Below, piece after piece: positions 18,765-29,063 of a stretch of 64,000 nucleotides of DNA. Numbering within the stretch: the first letter of the stretch is position 1; every line of letters starts with the position of its first letter. The stretch comes from an uncultured Chloroflexia bacterium (GTDB lineage Bacteria > Chloroflexota > Limnocylindria > Limnocylindrales > CSP1-4). A program made the position numbers and the translations under genes. The DNA lies in contig CAVYBU010000002.1 of NCBI GenBank assembly GCA_963766735.1, positions 192,001 to 256,000 of the forward strand, in the 5' to 3' direction. The notes under the pieces are model-generated. The model worked only from the letters and a program-made list of their open reading frames with translations. It was not told the DNA's origin and did not search any database.

Positions 18765-19451
18765 CTAGCCTTCGGCAGCGTCGGTGGTCGCACTCTCGTC
18801 GCGATCGTCGCGATCGTCGCGATCCCGCCGGGCCAGCGCAATCTCGATCCCGGCCACCACGATCCCGCCGGCCAGGCCCACGAGCGGGTCCACCAGCACG
18901 GCCCCCACCACGAACACCATCGCCCCCACCACGATCGCTCCCACGACCATCGCGATCCGGCGCCCCGGCGTGTCCCGGAAGCCGGGAGGCGGCGGCTCGA
19001 CGGCGTGGGCCAGCGCACCCTCGGATGCCTCCCCGCCCGATAGCCCCACGACGTGGCCGGCATCGAGCTCCAGGGCATCCACGACGGACCGGTCCACGAG
19101 GTCCGCGACCACCGCCGCCGCGGCGGCGTCTGCCAGCGCCTCCACGATCGCCACCCGGTCGCCGATGGTCCCCTGGGACAGCCCCCAGTTCAAGCCGACC
19201 CAGGTGGGGTGGAGCGATCCGTCCGAGTAGCGGCGCATGACCAGCTCGGCCGCCTGGCTCCGAGCCTCGCCCAGCAGGACGGAGCGGTCCGCGTGACGCG
19301 CTGCGGCCTCGACCGTTGTCAGGAGCTCCGCTCGCGCCGGCCCGTCTTCCCGGCTCAGGCCGATGTGACTCAGCTCGTCCGGGGTCAGGCCGTTGAACGT
19401 CGCGAACAGCGCCTCCAGCCGGGCGCGTGCTGCTGCCTCGCCGTCCGTCAT
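18765..19451 (-). CDS. Hypothetical membrane protein
   Basis: Helical N-terminus, two C-terminal TMs, RDD repeat tail. Confidence 0.65.
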   Translation of the reverse strand: MTDGEAAARARLEALFATFNGLTPDELSHIGLSREDGPARAELLTTVEAAARHADRSVLLGEARSQAAELVMRRYSDGSLHPTWVGLNWGLSQGTIGDRVAIVEALADAAAAAVVADLVDRSVVDALELDAGHVVGLSGGEASEGALAHAVEPPPPGFRDTPGRRIAMVVGAIVVGAMVFVVGAVLVDPLVGLAGGIVVAGIEIALARRDRDDRDDRDESATTDAAEG

Positions 19452-19465
19452 CGCGTCGTCACCTC

Positions 19466-19519
19466 GCCCGAACGGTGCGCCCATGCGCCCGTTGCCCGAA
19501 CGGTGCGCCTATGCGCCCG
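19466..19519. repeat. 26-bp direct repeat (period 28) spanning the gabT stop codon
   Basis: gcccgaacggtgcgcc(c/t)atgcgcccg twice. Confidence 0.85.
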
Positions 19520-20837
19520 CGGCGTCCAGTGCCTCCGCGATGATCCCGAGGGCCAGGTCGACCTCTTCGGCGGTCGTGACCAGCGGCGGGATGATCCGAA
19601 TCACGTTGACGAAGGTGCCGGCCGTGAGGAGCAGGAGACCGCGATCGAAGCACGCCGCCTGGACGCGCTTGGTCAGCGCGGCATCCGGGACGCGCCCGTC
19701 GCCGCCGGCCGGCCGCACGAACTCGAGCGCCACCATGAGACCCAGGCCCCGCACGTCACCGACCGTCGCCCGCCCGGCCGTGATCCCGCGCAGCCCCTCC
19801 AGGAGCTGGGCACCACGCTGCCGGGCGTTCTCGATCAGACCCTCTTGCTCGATGACGTCCAGGGTGGCCATCGCGGCGGCGCAGGCCACGGCGTTGCCGC
19901 CGTAGGTGCCGCCGTGGGAACCGGGCGACAGCCGGTCCATGATCTCGGTGCGGGCCAGGATCCCGGACAGCGGCATCCCCGAGGCGATGCCCTTGGCCAT
20001 GACCAGGATGTCCGGCTCCACGTCCCAGTGGCGCACCGCGAACAGCTCGCCGGTGCGGCCGAAGCCCGTCTGGACCTCGTCCGCGATGAGCAGGATGCCG
20101 TGCTGCCGGGTGATCTCGCGCAGGCGTGGCAGGAACCCGGGCGGCGGCACGATGTACCCGCCCTCGCCGATCACCGGCTCAACGATGATCGCGGCCACCT
20201 TGTCGGGGTAGACGAGCTGGTGGAACAGCAGGTCCAGCTGCGCCTCCCAGTCGCAGGTGCAGTCGGCGGGATCGTGGGGACCGCCTGAGGCCCGATAGCA
20301 GTACGGGTAGGAGGCGTGGTAGATGGACCCGGGGAGCGGCTCGAAGGCGCCGCGGTAGACGTCCTTGGCGGCCGTGAGCGCCATCGTCTGCGCTGTGCGG
20401 CCGTGGAAGCCGTACCGGAACGCGATGATCGCCGGGCGACCGGTGGCGACCCGGGCCAGCTTGACGGCAGCCTCCACGGCCTCCGCCCCGGAGTTGGCGA
20501 GGAACGCGCTCCACGGGCCGCCGGGGAGGAGCCGTGACAGCCGCTCGTACAGGCGGAGCCCGGGCTCGTGGTAGACGATGTTCTGCTGGCCGTGGAGCAG
20601 CTTCGCCGCCTGTGCCTGGACGGCGGCCACGACGCGCGGGTGGGCGTGACCAGTGTTGGTCACGCCGATGCCCGAGGTGTAGTCGAGGTACCGGTCGCCG
20701 TCCGGCGTCACCAGCCACGAGCCCTCACCGTGGTCCACCACCAGGTTCGTGATCCGGCCCCAGACGGGCGGCACCACGGAGCGATCGGGGAGGGGGGCGG
20801 CCTCGCCGTCCGGCGCGGCGGGGGTGGGGTCACTCAC
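19509..20837 (-). CDS. gabT: Class III PLP aminotransferase (4-aminobutyrate/putrescine transaminase)
   Basis: NSGAEAVE, FHGRT, EPVIGEGG, DEVQTGFGRTG, AKGIASG, GGTY; directly downstream of polyamine ABC genes. Confidence 0.8.
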   Translation of the reverse strand: MSDPTPAAPDGEAAPLPDRSVVPPVWGRITNLVVDHGEGSWLVTPDGDRYLDYTSGIGVTNTGHAHPRVVAAVQAQAAKLLHGQQNIVYHEPGLRLYERLSRLLPGGPWSAFLANSGAEAVEAAVKLARVATGRPAIIAFRYGFHGRTAQTMALTAAKDVYRGAFEPLPGSIYHASYPYCYRASGGPHDPADCTCDWEAQLDLLFHQLVYPDKVAAIIVEPVIGEGGYIVPPPGFLPRLREITRQHGILLIADEVQTGFGRTGELFAVRHWDVEPDILVMAKGIASGMPLSGILARTEIMDRLSPGSHGGTYGGNAVACAAAMATLDVIEQEGLIENARQRGAQLLEGLRGITAGRATVGDVRGLGLMVALEFVRPAGGDGRVPDAALTKRVQAACFDRGLLLLTAGTFVNVIRIIPPLVTTAEEVDLALGIIAEALDAAGA

Positions 20838-21816
20838 CAGGGGCCTCCTCGGGCACGGGGGCGCGGCGCTGGCCGCGAGCCGACATCACGCTGGACAGGA
20901 GCACGATCCCCACGGCGATCAGGAACATTGCGGTCCCGATGACGTGGACCTGGGGCGGCAGGTTGTTGCGGATCGTGCCCCACACCCAGACCGGGAACGT
21001 GTTGACCATGCCCGACACGAAGTTGGTGACGATGAAGTCGTCGATCGAGAGAGCGAAGACCAGCAGCGCGGCTGCCATGATGCCGGGCCGGATCAGTGGG
21101 AAGGTGACCTTCCAGAACGTGACCCACTCGTTGGCGAAGAGGTCCATCGCGGCTTCCTCGAGGTTCCGGTCATACCCCCGGATGCGCGCGCGCACCGTCA
21201 CCACCACGAAGCTGATGCCGAACACGATGTGCCCGATGAGGATCGTGTTGAACCCGAGCGGATAGAACAGGCCCGCAGGAATGATGCTCTTGAATGGCTC
21301 CTGCGACGCAGAGGCGACGAACAGGGAGAGGAGCGCGGCCCCCAGGACGATCTCGGGCGTTGCCATCGGGATCAGGATGAACAGGTTCGTCGCGCCCTGG
21401 CCGCGGAACTGGTAGCGCACGAGGGCGAGCGCGATGAGGGTGCCGAGAGCGGTCGTGATGATGGTGGCGATGGCGGCCACGAGGATCGAGGTCCAGAGCG
21501 CATCCGCCAGCCCGGGCCGGTTGAGCGGTGTCGCCCAGGCATCCAGCGAGAACTGGTTCCAGACGAAGTTGAACTTGCCCTGGGGCTTGTTGAACGAGAA
21601 CAGGATCATCACCGCGATGGGCACCATCAGGTAGGTGATGGCGACGCCGGCGAACAGCGGCAATGCCCAGCGGTCCACGGCCCGGCGGAAGCGCTGCCCC
21701 GGCGTGGCCTTGCGCGCCGCAGTGGAGCGCGGGTAGGCATCCGGGACCGGTCCGTTCTCGCCCGGGGCGAGGTTGGATCCCTGGTCCGGGCCGGTGAGGG
21801 TCAGATCGTCGCTCAT
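20830..21816 (-). CDS. potC: Spermidine/putrescine ABC permease
   Basis: FSFN, PEIVLG, LEEAAMDL, SIDDF. Confidence 0.88.
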   Translation of the reverse strand: MSDDLTLTGPDQGSNLAPGENGPVPDAYPRSTAARKATPGQRFRRAVDRWALPLFAGVAITYLMVPIAVMILFSFNKPQGKFNFVWNQFSLDAWATPLNRPGLADALWTSILVAAIATIITTALGTLIALALVRYQFRGQGATNLFILIPMATPEIVLGAALLSLFVASASQEPFKSIIPAGLFYPLGFNTILIGHIVFGISFVVVTVRARIRGYDRNLEEAAMDLFANEWVTFWKVTFPLIRPGIMAAALLVFALSIDDFIVTNFVSGMVNTFPVWVWGTIRNNLPPQVHVIGTAMFLIAVGIVLLSSVMSARGQRRAPVPEEAPGE

Positions 21817-22868
21817 GCGATGCCCGAGCTCAGCTCTTCGGTCCCGAGCGCCCGTGCGTAGGCGAGGATCGCGACCAGGATTGCGGCCATCAGGACGAAG
21901 GCCAACGCCGCGGCGGTCGGATAGTCGTTCTGGAGGAGGAAGCGGCCCTGGATGACGTTGCCGATCATCTGCGTCTTCGGGCTGCCCAGGAGATGGGCGT
22001 TCACGTAGTCACCGATCGCCGGGATGAAGACGAGGATGGAACCGGCGAAGACGCCCGGCATTGACAGCGGCAGCGTCACCCGCAGGAAGGCCTGGTTGAT
22101 CATCGACATGCCGACCAGACCTCCGGCGACCGCGCCCAGGATGGCCGCGAATGCCACGGTCCCGGGCGTGGCGTCATCGCCGACCAGCCCGCCGTACCCC
22201 AGGCCGATCTGCAGCGCAACGAGGAGCAACGCGCCCATGATCGCCCCGGTGATCGCGCCGCCCTTGCGCCAGGGACCCGCGAACAGATCCTGCGCGGCCT
22301 CGATGAGACGGCGGTCCACCTTCTCGAGCGAGACGTAGAGCGGTAGCACCATGAACGGGAGGAACTCGTAGGTGAGCCCACCGACCACCGCCAGTGGCGT
22401 CCCGATCACGCTGAAGTTGGCCGGGACCAGGTGGAGGAGGTCCCGGATGACCCACAGGAACGGCCCATCGTTGCCCAGGATGATGCGCCATGAGATTGTC
22501 CGGATCAGGAAGCTCGTGAAGAACGGTGCGATGACCAGGAACAGGAACAGGTTCTTGAAGCGGCCCCCGCGGAAGGCGATTGCATAGGCCAGCGGGTAGC
22601 CGATCAGGAAGCAGATGATCGTGGCCAGTCCGCCGTACACGATCGAGTTGGCGAAGTTCGAGGAGTACCGGTTGATGCTGTCCCAGAAGTTGCCGAACGC
22701 CCAGACCTCGGGCGGGCTCACGAAGCCCGTCAGGAGCGTCCCCGTCGACAGGGCGTAGACGACCATCTGGACGTTCGGGACGATGAAGAAGAACAGCAGC
22801 CAGAGGAGGCCGGGCAGCATCAACAGGTAGGGAACGGCGCCCCGGTACCGGTGGATCAGCTTGCCCAC
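21813..22868 (-). CDS. potB: Spermidine/putrescine ABC permease with EAA-loop insertion
   Basis: GYPLAY, PFFTSFLIRT, LPFMVLPLY, EAAQDL...VTLPLS.PG, MIGNVI. Confidence 0.88.
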   Translation of the reverse strand: MGKLIHRYRGAVPYLLMLPGLLWLLFFFIVPNVQMVVYALSTGTLLTGFVSPPEVWAFGNFWDSINRYSSNFANSIVYGGLATIICFLIGYPLAYAIAFRGGRFKNLFLFLVIAPFFTSFLIRTISWRIILGNDGPFLWVIRDLLHLVPANFSVIGTPLAVVGGLTYEFLPFMVLPLYVSLEKVDRRLIEAAQDLFAGPWRKGGAITGAIMGALLLVALQIGLGYGGLVGDDATPGTVAFAAILGAVAGGLVGMSMINQAFLRVTLPLSMPGVFAGSILVFIPAIGDYVNAHLLGSPKTQMIGNVIQGRFLLQNDYPTAAALAFVLMAAILVAILAYARALGTEELSSGIA

Positions 22869-22899
22869 GTGCGGGATGCTCCTTGCTGGCGGCGGGTCG

Positions 22900-22926
22900 T
22901 GACGGACCGGCGATGCCGGTCCGTCA
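22900..22926. other. Perfect 12-bp stem-loop between potD and potB (likely mRNA stabiliser)
   Basis: tgacggaccggc-gat-gccggtccgtca, no U tract. Confidence 0.65.
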
Positions 22927-22950
22927 GCCGTATCTGTTTGCGGGTTTGGC

Positions 22951-24180
22951 CTACCTGCCCTCGAGCCCCGCGCTCAGCTCGACGAAGGCGAGGTCCTCCT
23001 CGTCGGTGAGGTCGGCCTGGGCGTACTGCTTCGCCGTCACTTCCGGCGGCGGGAACAGCAGCGGGTTGTCCGCCAGCTCGGCGTCCGTGGTGCGGATGAA
23101 ATCGGCAACGCCCTTGACCGGCGAGATGTAGTAGATCCAGGCGGCCAGGCGCGCCGCATTGCCCACGTCGTAGACGAAGTCGATCATCGCCTCGGCGGCC
23201 GCCTTGTGGACGGCGCCCTTCGGGATCTGCATGTTGTCGGTCCAGATGATCGACCCCTCGTCCGGGTAGATGAACCGGTCATCGTCGCCACCCGAGGAGG
23301 CGAGGTCGCCCGACCACACCTCGGCCACCCACGTGTCGCCGGAGCCGAAGTCCTGGAGGTACTCGTTGCCCGTGAAGGCCCGGATGTGGCCGCTTTCGAC
23401 GTACGGCGTGAGGAAGTCGGTGATCTTCTGGGCATCTTCGAGGGTCAGGTCGGGCGGCGTGTTGGTGATCGTGCCCTGCTCCAGCAGGAGGAGGCTGATC
23501 AGCGAGAACGTGTCCTGCCACCCGGTCAGCAGCGTGACCTTGCCCTTCCAGGCCGGGTCGAACAGGTCGGCGATCGCGGTCAGGTCCTTGCCGGTGGAGA
23601 CCACGTTGTAGCCCACGCCCGTGGCGCCCGACTGCCACGGAAAGTGATAGGTCATGTCCGGGTCCCAGCCCAGGCCCCGGAGCTCATCGCGGACGTTGGC
23701 CGCCGCGGTGGGCACGCTGGCGGGGTTGATCGTCTCCGCCCAGCCCAGGCGCACCAGCCGGGCCGCCATGTAGTCCGTCAGGACGATCAGGTCCCAGCCG
23801 GTGTCGAGCCCGGCCTTGAGGGGCTGGGCGAGAGTTGCGAAGAAGTCCTCGTTGGACTGGATGTCCTCGACGTAGTTGACTTCGATCCCGTACTTGGCCC
23901 GGAAGTCGTCCAGGGTCGGGGAGGCGGACTCGTCGTCGTTGAGGTCAACGTAGGCGGGCCAGTTGGCGAAGTTGAGCGGGCCCTCGATCGGGCCCGAGCC
24001 GCCGTCCATGGAGGGCGCGGGCGTCGCCGGCCCGGAGGTCGCCGCGGGCCCCGAGGTCGCCGCCGGCGTGGAGCCACTGCTCCCGCACGCCGCGAGGAAC
24101 GCGGAGAGTCCGACGAGCGAGCCTCCCTTGAGGACGGCCCGACGGCTGATCGGGTACTCCACGAGATCGGTTGTTGCCAT
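22951..24180 (-). CDS. potD: Spermidine/putrescine-binding lipoprotein (Tat signal)
   Basis: SRRAVLK twin-arginine, LAAC lipobox, NWPAY, WSGD, WTDNM. Confidence 0.9.
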   Translation of the reverse strand: MATTDLVEYPISRRAVLKGGSLVGLSAFLAACGSSGSTPAATSGPAATSGPATPAPSMDGGSGPIEGPLNFANWPAYVDLNDDESASPTLDDFRAKYGIEVNYVEDIQSNEDFFATLAQPLKAGLDTGWDLIVLTDYMAARLVRLGWAETINPASVPTAAANVRDELRGLGWDPDMTYHFPWQSGATGVGYNVVSTGKDLTAIADLFDPAWKGKVTLLTGWQDTFSLISLLLLEQGTITNTPPDLTLEDAQKITDFLTPYVESGHIRAFTGNEYLQDFGSGDTWVAEVWSGDLASSGGDDDRFIYPDEGSIIWTDNMQIPKGAVHKAAAEAMIDFVYDVGNAARLAAWIYYISPVKGVADFIRTTDAELADNPLLFPPPEVTAKQYAQADLTDEEDLAFVELSAGLEGR

Positions 24181-24202
24181 GTGGGCCTCCTCCTTGTGTC
24201 GG

Positions 24203-25321
24203 TCAGTCCGTTGCGCCGGACGCCGGTGGACCGGCGATGGCAAAGGTGTTGTCGGGCGACCACGTGAGCAGGACGGCCTCTCCGGGGCGCCACAGCTCCG
24301 ATCGTGAAGCGCGCTCGACATTCTGCTCGTAGACGGTGATGCGCCTGCCGCCCGCCGTCTCGACCTGGTACTGCGTGCTGACGCCCATGTAGGAGGCGTC
24401 ACGAACGGTGCCGGCGAGGCGGTTGTGGTGCTCCGGTGTCTCCGCAGCGGGATCGCTGAGCCGGATCTTCTCCGGTCGAACGCCCACCTTGAGCTTGGTG
24501 GTTCCGTCGCTGAAGGCACGAGGCACCCGCACCAGGGTGTCGTCGTCCATTCGCACCAGCGCGTAGTCGTCGGCCATGCCATCCGGGCGCCCGGGCAACA
24601 GGTTGCTGACGCCCAGGAAGCCGGCCACGAACTCCGTGGTCGGGTGTTCGTACAGGGTCTCGGGGTCGGCCAGCTGCTCGTAGTGGCCCCTGTTCATCAC
24701 CGCGATGCGATCGGACATCGTCATCGCCTCTTCCTGGTCGTGGGTCACGTAGATGAACGTGATCCCCACCTCCTGCTGGATGCGCTTGAGCTCGACCTGC
24801 ATCTGCTTGCGCAGCTTGAGGTCGAGCGCGCCCAGGGGCTCGTCGAGGAGGAGGACGGCGGGCCGGTTGATGAGCGCCCGCGCGAGCGCGACGCGCTGGG
24901 CCTGGCCGCCGGAGATCTGGGTGGGTTTGCGACGGTCGAAGCCCTCGAGCTGGACGAGCTTCAGCATCTGCTCGACACGCGAGCGCACCTCGTCGCCCTT
25001 CACTCCCTTGCGGCGGAGGCCGAACGCCACGTTCTCGAAGATGGTGAGGTGCGGGAACAGGGCGTAGTTCTGGAACACGGTGTTCACGTTGCGCTGGTAG
25101 GGCGCCAGCCACGTCACGTCCTGCCCCTGCAGCTCGATCAGGCCCGACGTGGGCTGCTCGAAGCCGCCGATCATGCGCAGGGTGGTTGTCTTGCCGCACC
25201 CGGAGGGACCGAGAAGGCTGAAGAATTCACCGTCAAGCACCTCGAGATCGATGTGATCGACGGCGAGAACGTCACCGTACTTCTTGGTGATCTGGACCAG
25301 ACGGACGTCCACGTTCGGCAC
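24203..25321 (-). CDS. potA: Spermidine/putrescine ABC ATP-binding protein
   Basis: GPSGCGKTT, NTVFQNYALFPH, SGGQAQRVALAR, DEPLGALDLKLRKQMQ, TOBE tail. Confidence 0.92.
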   Translation of the reverse strand: MPNVDVRLVQITKKYGDVLAVDHIDLEVLDGEFFSLLGPSGCGKTTTLRMIGGFEQPTSGLIELQGQDVTWLAPYQRNVNTVFQNYALFPHLTIFENVAFGLRRKGVKGDEVRSRVEQMLKLVQLEGFDRRKPTQISGGQAQRVALARALINRPAVLLLDEPLGALDLKLRKQMQVELKRIQQEVGITFIYVTHDQEEAMTMSDRIAVMNRGHYEQLADPETLYEHPTTEFVAGFLGVSNLLPGRPDGMADDYALVRMDDDTLVRVPRAFSDGTTKLKVGVRPEKIRLSDPAAETPEHHNRLAGTVRDASYMGVSTQYQVETAGGRRITVYEQNVERASRSELWRPGEAVLLTWSPDNTFAIAGPPASGATD

Positions 25322-25421
25322 GGCTGAAGCGGTGCTCCTCCATCGCCATGGGCCGCAGGCCGGGACCTTGATCCTGGCCACCCGTGCGGACGTTACACGG
25401 CTCAACCCTGTCGGCTTTCGA

Positions 25422-25450
25422 ACCATAGGGTTGTGAATGGTGAGTGTCAA
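25422..25450 (-). promoter_or_regulatory. Sigma70 promoter of pot operon
   Basis: TTGACA-N17-TATGGT on minus strand within a locally AT-richer intergenic region. Confidence 0.75.
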
Positions 25451-25706
25451 ATCGACGATACCGGCGCTGGCTGGCACTTGCGGATGCGAGATTCGCACAG
25501 ATAGGTGCACTGCTGAAACTTGATTCGTACCGCGGTGCGGGGCGTCCTTCCGTTCTCGCACGGACCGGGGGCTGCCGCTCCGGACCCGGTCGCGGCGGGT
25601 CGCGAGGCCGCGGCCGCGCCCGCGTCGGGGCGCGGGTACGATACCGGCGACCCGCGTGGCCGACTGGCGCACGTCCCCCCGTGCCACTGGAGCGAGATCC
25701 AACACG

Positions 25707-26783
25707 ATGACCATGATCACCGAGGCTGCCGTCCTCGCCGCCCTCCGCACCGTCCAGGAGCCCGAGCTGGGCGGCGACCTCGTCACCCGGAACATGGTCC
25801 GGGACATCGCGATCGATGGCGCGGACGTCGCGTTCACGATCGAGCTGACGACCCCCGCCTGCCCGCTCAAGGACCAGATCGAAGCCGAGGTCCGCGCTGC
25901 GCTTGCGCCTGTGGGCGTCGCAGGCGTCGCGATCACCTGGGGCGCGATGGTCCGGCGCTCCGCCCCGCGCTCCGCTGAGCAGCTGGTCCCGGGCGTGAAG
26001 AACGTGATCGCGGTGGCGTCCGGCAAGGGGGGCGTCGGCAAGAGCACGGTGAGCGTCAACCTCGCCGTCGCGCTCGCGAAGGCCGGTGCGGCTGTCGGGC
26101 TGCTGGACGCGGACATCACCGGTCCCAACATCCCGATGATGCTGGGACTCGAGGGTCAGCCGGTCTCCAGCCCGAACAACAAGATCGTCCCGCTCGAGCG
26201 CCACGGCGTGAAGGCCATCTCGATCCAGTTCTTCGTGCCTGAGGGTCAGCCCATCGTGTGGCGCGGCCCGCTCATCGGCGGAGCCATCTCGCAGTTCCTG
26301 CGCGACGTCGAGTGGGGCGAGCTGGACTACCTGGTGGTTGACCTGCCGCCCGGCACTTCCGATGCGCAGCTGACGTTGGCCCAGGCAGTGCCGATCAGCG
26401 GCACCGTGCTGGTGACCACGCCCCAGGACGTTGCCCTCTCGGACGTGACCAAGGCACTCGCCATGCTGCGCCGCCTCAACGTCCCGATCATCGGCATCGT
26501 GGAGAACATGAGCGCGTTCGTCTGCCCGCACTGCGGCGATGCGACCGAGATCTTCGGGCACGGTGGCGGCGAGCGGTTCGCGCAGCAGCACGGCGTGGAC
26601 TTCCTGGGCAAGATCCCGCTGGACGTCACGGTGCGCCAGGGCGGCGACGCCGGCGTGCCGGCGGTGGCCCAGCGCGAGCCGGGTCCTGCCGCGCAGGCGC
26701 TGGAGACCATGGCGGGCCTGGTCGCCGCGCGGATGAGCGTGCGCGCGGAGAGCGCCCAGACGCCGATCCTCTCGATCACCTAG
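25707..26783 (+). CDS. apbC: Mrp/NBP35 (ApbC) Fe-S cluster carrier ATPase
   Basis: N-terminal DUF59 (LTTPACP), GKGGVGKS, DADI.GP, WRGP, DLPPGT.D, ENMS..CPHC. Confidence 0.93.
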   Translation: MTMITEAAVLAALRTVQEPELGGDLVTRNMVRDIAIDGADVAFTIELTTPACPLKDQIEAEVRAALAPVGVAGVAITWGAMVRRSAPRSAEQLVPGVKNVIAVASGKGGVGKSTVSVNLAVALAKAGAAVGLLDADITGPNIPMMLGLEGQPVSSPNNKIVPLERHGVKAISIQFFVPEGQPIVWRGPLIGGAISQFLRDVEWGELDYLVVDLPPGTSDAQLTLAQAVPISGTVLVTTPQDVALSDVTKALAMLRRLNVPIIGIVENMSAFVCPHCGDATEIFGHGGGERFAQQHGVDFLGKIPLDVTVRQGGDAGVPAVAQREPGPAAQALETMAGLVAARMSVRAESAQTPILSIT

Positions 26784-26858
26784 AACCGGGGGAGCCGCGC
26801 GCAGGCGGCAGAGGCGCGCGGCGACGGCCAAGCGCCGCGTAGGCGACCTATCCGGCGG

Positions 26859-28108
26859 TCAGGCGCCCGGGTCGTCCCGGAGGAACGCGAGCAGCACGGC
26901 GGCCCCGTTCATGGCCGCCCGGTCCGCACCCTGGCGGCCGCGCTGGAAGGCGAGGCGCCGTTCCACGTGGCGACCCACCGGCGTGGCAACAGCGACCGTG
27001 ACCGAGGTGTCGTTGCCGTCGGCCATTGCGTGGATGGCGAGCCCCACGTCGGCGTGCGCCTCCGCGCGGACCCGCTTCGCCTCGCGCAGCTCAGGTTCGC
27101 CGTCCTCGGGCGACGTCCGGTCCGTGGCCCCAGGCGGTCCGTGGCCCCAGGCGGGTCCAGAGCGACCTCTGCGCGCCGCAGCGCCGTCATGTCCCGGAGA
27201 AGCGTCACCAGCGCGCCACCGGTGCCGCTCTCGGACGTGGCCAGCGACCAGCCTCTGCTCCCGAGGGCCTCGTCCAGCGCGCGCGCCCACGTGGTGTCCC
27301 CGCGCGCCCACACGAACTCGCCGACGCTCGCGAGGACCGCCGCCTCGGCCTCGTCGGCCAGATCGGACGCGGTGCGCCCGTCCGCGGCGCGCGCGGAGAC
27401 CCGCACGTCGACCGCCTCGTGGCGGGCGTACGTGGCCACGATCGGGTTGGTCGCCCGCAGCAGTGCCTCGCCCAGCCGCTCCGCCACCTGCGACTCGCCG
27501 ATCCCGAACAGGCGCATGGTCCGGACGTCGGTGTCCCCGCCGACGCCGCGCTCGGCCAGCCGCGGCAGCACCGTCTCGGCCCACATCGGGCGCATCTCGC
27601 GCGGCGGCCCGGGCAGACTGACGATCACGCGCCCGTCGGGCCGGTCCACCCACCAGCCCGGGGCGGTGCCGTGGGCGTTGGGTAGCGCCGTGGCCGACGG
27701 GATGACCCACGCCTGCTTGATGTTGGTGCCCGGGAACGGGTGACCGCGGCGGGCCCAGAGGCCCTCGAGCCAGGCCAGGACCCCGGGGTCAACGGCGACC
27801 GACTCTCCGCAGGCCTCGGCGACTGCCTCGCGGGTGAGATCGTCGGGGGTGGGCCCCAGGCCGCCGGTCGTGACCACGAGGTCCGCCCGCGTGAGAGCGG
27901 TGAGGAGGGCCTCGACCACGACAGGCAGGTCGTCGGGGAGGTTCGCGATCCGGGTCACCGTCACACCCCGGGTCACCAGGGAGCGGGCGAGGTCGCCGCT
28001 GTTGGTGTCGGTCGTCTCGCCGACCGTCAGCTCGGTGCCGACGGCCAGCAGCTCGGCGCGGAGGATCGGACGGATGGTTGCGGGGGCGTTCGCGAGGACG
28101 TCGGGCAT
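26859..28108 (-). CDS. cinA: Competence/damage-inducible protein CinA, frameshifted near 27135
   Basis: VGTEL..G...DTNS, TGGLGPTPDDLT, GTAPG, LPGPPREM; C-terminal domain resumes in another frame. Confidence 0.85.
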
Positions 28109-28301
28109 GGATTGCAGCCTACGCCTGCGAACCACTGCCCGCAGGCGCCATGCGATCGCGGGACGCCCGCTGATATCATGTAGGGGTCCCAAGGCCACAG
28201 TCCACGCCCCGCCCGGAGCCCGACCGCTGGATCAAGAACGGCCCGACCCCAAGCCGCCCCGCCCTCCCAACCCGCCCGGCGTCCGCCGCCAGCTGGGTTT
28301 G

Positions 28302-29063
28302 GTGAAGGACGCCGTCATGGGGCTGCTGGCCGCCCATGTCGAGCTGGCCAAGGCGGAGGCCGAGGGGATCAAGGCTGAGGTCACACGAGCCTCAGCGCTC
28401 GCCGCTGCGGCGATCGCCTGTCTCATCCTTCTCGGCTTCCTGGTCCCGATCGGCGGGATCCTGTTCTACGGCGAGTGGGTCTTCGGCTCCATCGGGTGGG
28501 GTCTCCTGCACGGGACCGAGCTGCTGATCGGGATCGCGGTGGCGGCCCTGCTCGTTGCGCTCCGCGTGCCGGGCATGGTCAAGGACGTGGGGATCAGCGC
28601 GATCCTCGGCCTGGTCGTCGCACTCGTCCTGGGCGCCTCGCTGCCGAACCAGCTGTTCCGAGCGATCGGCGAGGCGGCGAACGTGGGCGTCGACGCGGGA
28701 ACCCTCCCGTTGGTCGTCGGCGTGGTGCTCCTGGCCGTCATCGGCGCGATCGCTGGCCTGGTGACCGGGGCGAGGGCCGGGGACAGCGCGTCTGCGGCAG
28801 TGGGGGGCCTCGTTGTGGGGGCTCTTCTCGGCGCCGTGTTGGGCGCCTTTCTCTCGATCACGTTCGGCTGGCGCGTCGGCATCGCAATCGGCGTGGCCGC
28901 CTTCCTGGTGGCGTGGCCTGTCCTCATGGGTATTCGCGTCCAGCGCCAGGGCATCGACCTTGAGGAGCTCAAGGCGCGCTTCTGGCCGCAGGTGACCATC
29001 GACACAACGAAGGAGAGCATCGAGTGGGCGAAGGCACGAGCGTCGCGCGAGCCGAGGTCCTAG
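28302..29063 (+). CDS. Holin-X/YqjE-like multi-TM membrane protein (start uncertain)
   Basis: HVELAKAE start, many TMs, P..TIDTTKESIEWAK tail. Confidence 0.7.
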   Translation: MKDAVMGLLAAHVELAKAEAEGIKAEVTRASALAAAAIACLILLGFLVPIGGILFYGEWVFGSIGWGLLHGTELLIGIAVAALLVALRVPGMVKDVGISAILGLVVALVLGASLPNQLFRAIGEAANVGVDAGTLPLVVGVVLLAVIGAIAGLVTGARAGDSASAAVGGLVVGALLGAVLGAFLSITFGWRVGIAIGVAAFLVAWPVLMGIRVQRQGIDLEELKARFWPQVTIDTTKESIEWAKARASREPRS

